Under the pieces are notes generated by a model. That model was given only the letters and a program-made list of their open reading frames with translations. It did not search any database and was not told the DNA's origin. Positions 14,042 through 24,160 of a stretch of 64,000 nt of DNA are shown here, piece by piece. Where the stretch lies: assembly GCA_951406725.2 (NCBI GenBank), contig OX597828.1:61566001-61630000 (forward strand), written 5' to 3'. How positions within the stretch are numbered: the stretch's first letter is position 1; every line of letters starts with the position of its first letter. A program made the translations under genes and the position numbers. The stretch comes from Octopus vulgaris (taxonomy: Eukaryota).

Positions 14042-14790
14042 ATTTATTTTATTTTATTTTATCTAGTTTCAGCTCACGAGCTGTGGCCATGCTGGGACAC
14101 CGCCATTTGGTGTTGCTACATGATTTTACTTCACGAATGTTTTTTAGCAACTGCCATTTCGTGCATGAGAGAGTTCGATACCGCTGCCCTCATCTGCACC
14201 GCCTGCCGTGAAGTTGGTTCATCTGGGACACCTGACAGGAAGAGATCCAGTCCTACTTTAAAGACATCTGCATCCACCCCATGCAGGTCCCTCAGGTTCT
14301 TCGGGAGGATATTGAAGAGCTGTGGGCCTCTGAAGCCCAGGCTATCACAGTATCTTGTCCTACATCTTGATGGCAAGTTTGGAGTCCTTGGCACCACGCA
14401 GTGGTGCCCAGTTCTGGCATTTGTGTAACTCTCTATGCTAAAGTTTGGGACAAGTCTTTCGAGGATCTTCCAGATGTATATTATGGCATATCTTTCTCGC
14501 CTACGCTCTAAGGAATAGAGTGTTAATCTCTTGAGTCTTTCCCAGTAGCTTATATGCTGCACAGAGGCTATCTTCTTCGTGTAGCTTCGTTGGACCGCCT
14601 CAAGTTCTGTGATCAACTTGACACTGGATGGTGACCATAGCTGAGAGCAATAGTGAAAGTGGCTTAGGACAAGTGTCCTCCAGGAGACCATCATGGTTTC
14701 TTGGTATCTTGTTCTAAAGGTTCTAAGAATCCAGCCAGCCAGCCGCCTACATTTCATTGCCAATTTAGCAACATATACATGAAAGGTTGC

Positions 14791-14791
<1 letters not shown>
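14042..14791 (-). mobile_element. 5'-truncated CR1/L2-group LINE 3' end (RT C-terminal region, 3' UTR, (ATAAA)n tail)
   Basis: ORF 14131-14790 reads GWILRTF...YCSQLWSP...LEAVQR...SYWERLKRLTLYSLERRRER...FN.LP, typical of CR1-group ORF2 C-termini. Confidence 0.9.
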
Positions 14792-14848
<57 letters not shown>

Positions 14849-15734
14849 ATATATATATTTTGTGTGTGTGTGTGTATACTGTAAGGATGAGTTGGAATCT
14901 TCATTGACGAGAGAAAACTGCGAATGATAAGTCCTTGTTTTTCCCCACCGTCTTTCTGCTGTTTTTCCGGTCTCTCTTTGTATCTTCCATCTGTACGAAT
15001 GTTTCATTGTCGTCTTGTTCCATTTGGAGGATTTTTATAAATATATAGCAGCATACATACACTTTTGATCACCTTGTAAGTAAGTATGTATCTAAATTAA
15101 ACACAAACTCTTTTCCTCTTTCTTTTCGTCTCCTCATACTTTCATCTTTCTTTCCTCTTTTCTTTTGCTCGCTCCCCCTCTCTCACATTTCTTGACTTTC
15201 TCCTTTAATATACATACTTTTCCTCGTTTATCTCCCTCGTACTTTCTTTATCCCTTGATTCTCTCACTTCCTCGTTCTCCCCCTAATTCTTCTATCCGTC
15301 TTCTCCTATTTCTCTCCTTCTTTCTTGGCATGACTGCCGGCCGCGAAGTTTCTCTTATATTCCTGTCTCATGACTTTCATCTCTTATGTTCATCTATGTT
15401 CCTGCCTCAAGGCTTTCACTCTACACACGCCAGCTTAATTTGATTCGTCTCTATTAGTCGAAAGACACCTGTTGTTATTTTCCTGTTGCTTCTATTTGTA
15501 ATTGGGTAACATTTTCTCCGTTTTCCTCTTTTGACGTTTTTGTTTTCATTGTCGTACACATTCGCTTGCTTTCTCCCAAAATATTTAATGATCTTATCTT
15601 CGATTTTTGGGACCGGCCACATTTGAATAGTCTCAAATGTAACATCTCGAAAGTGTAAGGATGATTTGGAAATTTGGCAGACGATAGAATCCTGGCGTTG
15701 CTCGGGATTAAAATGGCATAGTTTTTTATTCTTT

Positions 15735-15940
15735 CAATTGTTTCTTTTATATGACTGCGGCCATATGGCAGCACCGCATTTAGTTGAACAAATCGACCCC
15801 AGGACTTATTCTTTGTAAGCCTGGTACTTATTCTATCGGTCTCTTTTTTCGAACCACTACGTTACGGGGACGTAAACACACCAACATCGGTTGTCAAGTG
15901 ATGGTGGGGGAACAAACACAGACACACACACACACACAAA
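15735..15940 (-). mobile_element. SINE family B 3' half
   Basis: gactgcggccat...caaatcgaccccaggacttattctttgtaagcc...ggggacgtaaacacaccaacatcgg. Confidence 0.85.
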
Positions 15941-16510
15941 TGTATACACGCAGATACAAAATAACTTGGCACTATTTTACGGCACTCCTAAAGAGAGTTA
16001 GTTGGAATAAAAGATATGATCATCGTCTACAAAAAGAAAATCAGAAATTTTGAATCGGGTATATTCAAATACAGCTAGAAACAAGGCCAGGAGGACCAGA
16101 TAACTGAATGTAAAACTCAAATTGAACTATAATAAAAAAAGAATTCTGTGATAAGAAACAATAAAAGCAATGTTATGACAATCTTAACATAAAATTAATG
16201 GGAAAATAACAAGTTTAAAAAGCAAAAACATAAAAACAAGAAAAAATTAATATATTTTTAACATCAACAATATCAGGATGAAAGGAAATTTTGGTGCCAC
16301 TGAACGTTTGTACCGGTTGACAGACTGGATATGAAATATTCTTGTTATTGTTGTTTGTGTTGTGGTGGTGTTGCTGCTTTTGGTTGTTAATGTTTGTCTT
16401 ACAGATAATCTCGGTAAAATATTATGACAATCTTACCTTTAAAAGTGACACACGAAACCGAAAGAGATTCTTTTTCTTTTTATTCTTTCAATCTCTCTTT
16501 CTCTCTCACA

Positions 16511-16700
16511 TACTCTTTCTTTCATCTATCTAACTATCTCTCTCTCTCTCTCTCACACATACTTTCTTTCATCTATCTAACTATCTCTCTCTCTCTCTCA
16601 CACACACACACATACTCTTTCTTTCATATATCTAACTATCTCTCTCTCTCTCACACACACACACACTCTTTCTTTCATCTATCTAACTATCTCTCTTTCC
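16511..16700. repeat. Minisatellite, ~4 units of ~50 bp
   Basis: Unit actctttctttcatctatctaactat(ct)n(ca)n repeated four times. Confidence 0.9.
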
Positions 16701-17062
16701 CTCCCTCTCTGTCATTCACGTTCTCACCCTCCTTCTCTCGCTTTGTCTCCTGAAATTAACTCCTGAAATTAAGACTTGAGCTGAGAAAAAACAAAAAATC
16801 TCAATCCACTGATTTCGTTCTCATTAAAAGTATACATTTCTATTCCACTTGCATTCTTCTATTGAGTCCTTTTCTAACGTTGTCCGTCACCTTTCTCTTC
16901 AGCAGTATATTTCTCTATTTCTTTCAATGTTTCCTTTGACATTTAAACTTTATTTTCATCTCATACTTTTCACATTTATTCTCTATTCCAGATGAAAAAA
17001 AAATCTTAATTTTAATATATAGTTTGCGATCATTAAGAAATCCTTATCATATATATATATAT

Positions 17063-17696
17063 AAAATAGAAAAAAGTGAAAAAACTACAGAAGGCTTGTT
17101 TTATAAGGTTAAAGAATATATTTAAGTCGTTATGTTAGAAGAATGATATAAAATTTTGCATATAGTAACATAGTTTTTGGAGAAATTACCAGTTTCGTGT
17201 TAACTTTTCAAATTTCTCAAATGTCTTTACCTACATCGTGTTATGTCTTCGTTATGAAGTGCAAAGAAGAGTTCCAGGCAGGGGGAGGTAATAAGGGATT
17301 TCTTCCAGTATAAGAGAGATAATCGCTTTAGATTTCTTTTCCCCTTTTTAATGAGATGAGTTTCTCTGTATAAGAATGTTAGGATGGTTAAGTTCAGGCT
17401 TATATTTTTCAATGAAAAATGTTTCCTTGTTTAATCTAATTTGTGTTGGTATTCCAATAGCACATTGATTGAATGGAAAGATTAAAAATTGTGGTAGTAG
17501 TTGCTTTGCGCATTTCTCAATATGCTCACTAAAGGGTATCATTCTGTATTCTGGAAATGCAAGCTGTTGTCGATGTAGAGTGCATCTGCGTCTGAGTGAT
17601 AATCCCGTGGACCGTACGTAGTTTTGGTGGCAGCCCGAGCATCTTATGACATAAATTATGTTTTCAGAAGCACAAGTAAAATTAGATCTGCTCTTG

Positions 17697-17700
<4 letters not shown>
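17063..17700 (-). mobile_element. Penelope-like 3' end (GIY-YIG endonuclease plus pseudo-LTR)
   Basis: Minus strand RSNFTCASENIIYVIRCSGCHQNYVRSTG...FSEHIEKC...ETFFIEKYKPELN; flanked by (TA)n on both sides. Confidence 0.88.
17180..17218 (-). ncRNA. Minimal hammerhead motif with U3-A8 core
   Basis: GAGAAAT-TTGAAAA-GT(taac)AC-GAAAC-TG-GTA-ATTTCTC; 7-bp perfect helix I; downstream of a PLE GIY-YIG ORF. Confidence 0.7.
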
Positions 17701-17736
<36 letters not shown>

Positions 17737-17803
17737 AGATGTACTTGCATAGCAAGTGACTTGATGTGAGACCGTTTGCTGAAACAAATCAATTTAACAA
17801 CAC

Positions 17804-18003
17804 ACAAAAAACCGTTAGTTTTACGTCAACATTTAAATGTAATTTTTGTCAAATTATTTTTCGTTGCTTTCAAACTGCGACTTGTTCAGTGACAAAACTT
17901 CGAGCAGCACGAAGTTTTGTCAGTGAACAGGTCGCGGTTTGAAAGCGCGGAAAATATTTTGACAAATTAAATTTAAATGTTGACGTGAAACAAACGGTTT
18001 TGT
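17804..18003. repeat. ~200 bp imperfect palindrome (MITE-like or fold-back element)
   Basis: Arms aaaaccgtt...tcaacatttaaat...gacaaaacttcg and cgaagttttgtc...atttaaatgttga...aacggtttt. Confidence 0.9.
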
Positions 18004-18034
18004 ATGTTCTTCAATGGCTTACAAACACGTTGCA

Positions 18035-18095
<61 letters not shown>

Positions 18096-19364
18096 TTCCA
18101 GCACATGCTTCGAAGTGAGCATTAATATTATTCTGGAGGGAATAAAAATGATGCAAAACTATGTAATCATCTCGCCAGGAAAAAAAGGAGAAAAAACACA
18201 CCAATAAGCCATTTTAACCGAATATGATTACCGTGTATATGATGAAGGGGAACACTGGCAAAGTATTTTTTAAAAAACCGTTAATTGATTTAACGTCAAA
18301 AGTTATTTAGAGAAGCATGAGAAAGAAAGAAATTAGCAGAAGATTAAGAGAGGAGAAATATTGTGTGATAGATGAATGGCAATAAAGCTTAAAAGCACAG
18401 AATTAGATGTCTGTTGTGGAAATGGAATGTAAGAAGACAGTTAACGGTCGAATTTTATAGATTGGTAGAAATTACTTATAGGAACTAAGTAAAGGTATGT
18501 TTTCGCCATATGTATATATATATATATATATATATACACAGACAGACAGACATATGTATGTATATTTATATGCATACACACGCACAAAAACAGCACATAC
18601 ACAAACACATACACACACACAGACAATCATACACAAACACACGCACACACACACACATACGCAACCATACATAACGCGTATACATCCAAACATACTCATA
18701 TACAGAAAAATTATAGCAGTTTCACCACTGTGTGTGTAGGTGTCGTCGTATCTCTGTCTCCCATCACCACTTGATACCTGGGACGATTGCCCGCGTAAAT
18801 TAGTATTCGAAAGCCAAATGATGTTCTTTAGCTGGGGTGTAATTCTATAATTAAAACAAATTCAAAATTTAAATTTCGGAACATAAGACTTAACATATTA
18901 TCTGGTGTATGGCCGAATTCAAATGTGTAGAAGACCTAAAACAAATGTGTGTGTGTTCTTGTGTGTTTGTGTGTGTGTGTCATTGCTACTTCGGTGGACC
19001 AGCAGGCATGGATGTTAAGAAGTAATAATGCAACAGAGAGTTGGCGGTTTCAAATCTCTTCCAGAAATTACAAGAGATCTAGCTAAAAAATGTTATCTAA
19101 GCAACAAAATGTCTTTCTCTTGAGCGTGACACAAGCGTCAGGTACGTACAGAAAAGAAATTGACGTATTAATATTTTTGATATTTATATTGTTATTATCA
19201 TTATATTTAACCTACATTACAACGGTATACCTTGATGCAGCCCCGAAAAACTGGCTCTCTAGTAGGCATAATTAAACAATGGGCAGCATAATGGAACAGG
19301 AGCTTTATTTTCATATTCTAAACGTTACTATAAACAAATTTAAAAGATAGATTTATTTATTCAC

Positions 19365-19414
<50 letters not shown>

Positions 19415-19418
<4 letters not shown>

Positions 19419-19604
19419 AGACCGTTAGCTCCTACACGCATTTTTTCTCTCTTTGTTTCTTTTCTGTGTATCTTTCTATCGAAGAGCGTAGGCTCGAAAC
19501 GTAAAAGACTTGTTCTATTTCTATTCCTGAGCGCCATACTAATACATTTGTTTGTTTGTACTCCACCTGCCTTCGTCTTTTGTTTATTTTCGTAAACCTT
19601 CCCG

Positions 19605-19606
<2 letters not shown>
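19415..19606 (+). mobile_element. Solo PLE pseudo-LTR fragment (family of 35283 and 53160)
   Basis: Homologous to the reverse complement of 35285-35465; flanked by (TA)n on both sides. Confidence 0.8.
19471..19508 (+). ncRNA. Hammerhead-like motif, non-canonical core CTATCGA
   Basis: TCTTT-CTATCGA-A-GAGC(gtag)GCTC-GAAAC-GTA-AAAGA. Confidence 0.6.
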
Positions 19607-19684
<78 letters not shown>

Positions 19685-19974
19685 ATATATACTCATGCGT
19701 GTGTATACACACACACATGCACACACACACATATGCTAGAACCCTCCGTCACTTTAGTGACGACAATAATTTGTAAATTGCGAATAGCTCCCTTAATAAG
19801 GATAAGACAATATATGTGTGTGTGAGTATGTATGTATGTATGTATGTATCTAAATCAAATTTTCGTTGTGATTATAATCATTTCTGAAATCCAAACTCTC
19901 ATAGATATGTAACATCCCATTATGTGAAACCATATCTAACATACCAAAAGATTAGGAATTTGGCGGAAAAGACT

Positions 19975-20592
19975 CTGTCGATAAAATCAATTCTGGTACT
20001 TTACTGGGACTTCATTTTGTCAAATGATGAATGGCAAAGTCTAGTTCAGAGGTATTTCAACTGAACTCAAAAAGTAAAGAACTGAGACAAATATCGCAAA
20101 GCATTCTGTCGGCTGTTCTAACGATTCTGCCAATCCACGTTACCCTTTATATAATAATTACTATTTTTGACATCGTGACAGGTCTAACATTTTCGGTAGC
20201 AGATTATATTCTTCTACATGTTCCCAATAGTTATTTTCTCAACCGCCAGAAGAAGAAACGTAAAGGCTGCTTCAGCGGAATTTGAAACCAAACCGTAGGT
20301 AAATATGTTGATTTACGTTCTGGTCATCTTTATCGGTGTACTAGTATTCTTTACGTGGAATATACATTTTTCTTTACATTTAATAATCCTTCCTAATAGA
20401 TAGAAGGCCAGAAATTTTGAGAAAAGGCAGCAAGTCGATTACATCAACTCAGTGCTCGCCTGGTACCTATGTCATCGACTTTGAAAGTATAAAAGGCAAA
20501 GTCCACCTCGGCGGAATATAAGCTCGGAACGTTAAGACGAACGTGTGCTGCCAATCATTTTGCGAGACGCGTTAACGGTTCTGCCAGCTCAC
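19975..20592 (-). mobile_element. Two to three decayed SINE family A copies (~19975-20135, ~20230-20300, ~20390-20592)
   Basis: gtcgattacatc...aaaggcaaagtccacctcggcggaat...ttctgccagctc. Confidence 0.7.
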
Positions 20593-21379
20593 GACTATTC
20601 TTTATATTAAATAATAATGCATAGACAGCAGTACTGATAATTTCCTGTAGAGAATGTATCGGCAGTTGATTTCTTAAATTAAGTTAGATAAGAGATTTAC
20701 CTCACACTTAGTAAACGTGCATCTTTACACAGATTGTTTCAGTTAAGCTTTTAACAAACACACTGAATGAATTTTGTCAGAAGGAAACATACGCTTATGT
20801 ATATATAAATATTAGAAAAAAACATCTTTTATCAAATGATAATTCTGTAGAGAGAGTACGCTATGCACTTGTTACAATGTTATGGGATAGCAATTGCGTA
20901 AAAAAATTTGTTTTCGGCTTCAAGTAGTAATAAATGCAATAATTACATCATGCACGATTAACAAATATAATACATGCACTTGATATTCTAGCAGATGGAC
21001 AGAGGGCATAAATTTTGGAGGCGGCATTCGTGTTATAGTCGATTTAACTGGCTAAAGTATCTAACTAGCGCTTATTATAACAACTCTGGGGAGATGAAAA
21101 GTCGACATTAGTAAAAAGCGACGTAAAGTTATTAATAAACTATGGAACGTAAAATTGTTTCTAAAACTATGGCATACCGGTAGTTAATGAGACATCCTTT
21201 CCACCAAATGTGTTCGTTCTTCAAACTTTTATTTTAAAAAAATCGATGAAAGCCAGTTTCCGTTCAACTCTTTACAACTCGTTTACAGTGATTATAACCG
21301 TGTTACAGTGATTTTAATCTTTAACTTATCACCCAACTTATTTTAAATCTTTCAGGATTTATTTTCGAGATCCTTTTTG

Positions 21380-21850
21380 TTTAACTACACCTACCAACGC
21401 TATGAGATTTTATTGACTTGTGCAATGTCATAACGGATCAGCAATGATTTCATATGATCTCATGACCTATGTATGGAAAAAGCTGATACCATTTCCACTC
21501 AGTCATTACACATCTAATATTTCATTTTGTTCCCATCAAATAAGATTTATTTCTTTCCAAAGAACAACGACAATGTAAAAACTACACTGAATCTGTTTAA
21601 AGTATTATCTAGAAATATTCCCTATGGATGCCAGTGGAATTGCTTGAAGTGTTGGCGGCAGCCAGATATATGTTGATGATATTGTTCTCAACGGTAGGTG
21701 TCCGAATAATGGCGTCAAGCATGGCTACTGAAGTGAACCAAACCCACCATTACTACAGTCACCTGCTGACAAAGCAGACTGTTTTTGGAGAACTCGGTTT
21801 AATGTTCGTTTCTTGTAATTTGCGCCATGCAAAACATAAATCCATACATA
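21380..21850 (+). pseudogene. Highly decayed non-LTR RT fragment
   Basis: Frame-shifted pieces DFIDL, NIPYGCQ and IYVDDIVL appear in RT motif order. Confidence 0.35.
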
Positions 21851-22281
21851 CTCTTTATAATTCACACAGGCAATTTCCTGTTCATTGACATATTTCCATA
21901 TATTATTTGTTATACATGTATTTATTTGTAAGACTCTTTACCTATTGATCTTTAGGGTCAGCAAAGAAGACTTCGTAATTGTGAAGTATATCAATACAAA
22001 GTCAGACTGACAGAGCAGCGTATTTGTTTGTTTCGCTTCTAAGTTGTAATATAGTACAAGTTGAATTTAATTCTACACCATGCATCACTTGTCAGCCACA
22101 TTACATTTCGCATGATTCCTAGTTAGATGGAGGTTCACCCTTCGATGAAACACCGGTATCATGCCAATAGATACAGATGAGCACCGGTGTCATTTGACTG
22201 ACGATCCAGGTGATACACCGTAAAGCTTCAGCAACTATGTAGTGTGTGTTTGTATGTAAATGTGTGTGTGTATATATATAT

Positions 22282-22805
22282 ATTAGAAAAAAAACACTTT
22301 TTATTAATTCAAAATGAATAATTAAATTACACCATCTAGAAAATTACATATAATAGAAAAGTTAAAATTAAAATAACAATAAAAAATAAAGATTAAGTTA
22401 ATTACAAAAATAACAAAAATGTATATAATAGGTAGAAAAACGACCCGTGTTTCGCTGCTATATTTAAGAAATGATTATAGTAGTAGATAAATTACTTCCA
22501 TATAAATATAGTCGCTCATCAGGTTAAAAATAAAGTAGAACAATAAAACGTGTAGTTTTTCTAACTATTATATACATTTTATTATTTTTGTCATTTACTT
22601 AATCTTTACTTTTTATTGTTATTTTAATTTTAACTTTTCTATTATATGTAATTTTCTAGATGGTGTAATTTAATTATTCATTTTGAATTGATAAAAGGTG
22701 GTTTTTTCTAATATTTTTTATATATTTATTATATTGGGTGGAATTTGATTTAGTATTTCTAAATTGAATTCTTTTTCCTTGTAAGTTTGGATTTTATTCC
22801 CTCAA
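22282..22805. mobile_element. AT-rich fold-back element (arms ~22282-22445 and ~22550-22712) with a central HHR; same family as 60212-62476
   Basis: attagaaaaaa...caccatctagaaaattacatataatag is inverted at 22640-22712; 22733-22802 matches the reverse complement of 60212-60285. Confidence 0.85.
22438..22526 (-). ncRNA. Type I hammerhead ribozyme motif with canonical core
   Basis: AAC-CTGATGA-GCgaCTATATTTA(loop)TAAATATAGcaGC-GAAAC-ACGG-GTC-GTT. Confidence 0.8.
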
Positions 22806-22813
22806 ATAAAAAT

Positions 22814-22930
<117 letters not shown>

Positions 22931-22995
22931 ATATATAACCATATGTGAATCGTTGGCGATTTTTCCCCTCCATCTTTTCTATTGGACTTTACTCT

Positions 22996-23030
22996 GTTTC
23001 TGAAGAAAAGCTTAGCTCGAAACGTTGAAC
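22996..23030 (+). ncRNA. Minimal hammerhead motif in a probable solo pseudo-LTR (~22945-23128)
   Basis: GTTT-CTGAAGA-A-AAGC(tta)GCTC-GAAAC-GTT-GAAC; palindromic AACGTT in helix III. Confidence 0.65.
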
Positions 23031-23124
23031 CATCTTTTTTTTCCTTCCCTGAACGTCTGCTAATACTTTACATGTACCACGTCCTCATGTTGTTTTTTGT
23101 GTTTGTTCTTCGTTTTCTGGGATT

Positions 23125-23162
<38 letters not shown>

Positions 23163-23390
23163 GCATGCATATAAATATGTATACTTCAGCCTAAGTAACA
23201 GCTTCCACCAAGGAGGAGCTACTTCATAGCACAATATGACAGACGATGAGGGGTGTGCGAGTACCCCCATCCTTACCTGCATAGATATAGTTGGCACCGC
23301 ACCTAAATAGTAGAATTTCCATCACTTCCATTCAAATTTACTGTAAGGAAGCCACAGAAACTTGCACAGGAGAAGCAACTATAATCAACC

Positions 23391-23617
23391 GGCGAGCTGG
23401 CAGAAACGTTAGCACGCCGGGCGAAATGCTTAGCGGTATTTCGTCTGCCGTTACGTTGTGAGTTCAAATTCCGGGGAGGTCGACTTTGCCTTTCATCCTT
23501 CGGGGTCGATAAATTAAGTACCAGTTACGCACTGGGGTCGATGTAATCGACTTTACCTATGTCTGTCCTTATTTGTCCCCTCTGTGTTTAGCTCCTTGTG
23601 GGTAATAAAGAAATAGG
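23391..23617 (+). mobile_element. SINE family A, near full length
   Basis: ggcgagctggcagaaacgttagc...gagttcaaattcc (B-box)...gtcgactttgcctttcatccttcggggtcgataaa (resembles the Meta-SINE central domain, from memory)...aataaagaaat. Confidence 0.9.
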
Positions 23618-23989
23618 TAGCATTTGACATCCCTCACTACTATTTGCTTTTTACCTGTAAGTGTTATGACATTCTAATTCCATATCAGTAAGGGTTGCTC
23701 TCTCCTGAACACGCTTCGAGATCCCTAGACACGAACCGTTTACTCTCCCTACCCATGCCTCACATAAGAAGTTGCGGGATTATTGCTGGTTGTACCGACA
23801 TTGGGAAAAGAATGCAATATATTTTTCGTACGGACCCCTCTATCTAGGGTCCGAATACATCTCACATTAACCCAAACGACAAACGACACATTATGGTTAT
23901 TTTTTTTATAATACTTTCATATTACAGCTTTGGTAGTCTTTTTCGCACCAGACACCAGGTTGGTATTTTTATTGGAATTGCGACGGTGT

Positions 23990-24160
23990 TCTTTGGTTGG
24001 CTCGTATATGCCAGGTGACTTGGACCTCTAGAAAGACAACAAAGCAATGGCAATCTGGAATGGTAATCGTAGCACAACCGAACAAATATTTACTCTATAG
24101 CAAATCTTCGGGGAAATCATGGGAATATTGCCAAGAGGTGTACACTTGCCTTCTAGACAT
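23990..24160 (+). pseudogene. RTE-like RT fragment
   Basis: ARICQVTW...KQWQSG, NRSTTEQIFTL*QIF and KSWEYCQEVYTCLLD correspond to RTE RT domains 0-3. Confidence 0.6.

Noticed and set aside
14900-15475. ttgacgagagaaaactgcgaatg and ..tagtcgaaagacacc as further hammerheads
   Set aside because: Too many core mismatches and no convincing helix I; at most decayed pseudo-LTR remnants.
16511-16700. Regular repeats as a CRISPR-like array
   Set aside because: The spacers are just variable (CT)/(CA) runs; this is a eukaryotic minisatellite with no cas genes.
22195-22232. CTGACGA..GGTG(ata)CACC..TAAAGCTT, and similar CTGATGG-GAC..GTC-TAAAGCT at ~58018 and ~59791
   Set aside because: They lack the catalytic G12 (GAAA) and a clear helix I, so they are not counted as ribozymes.
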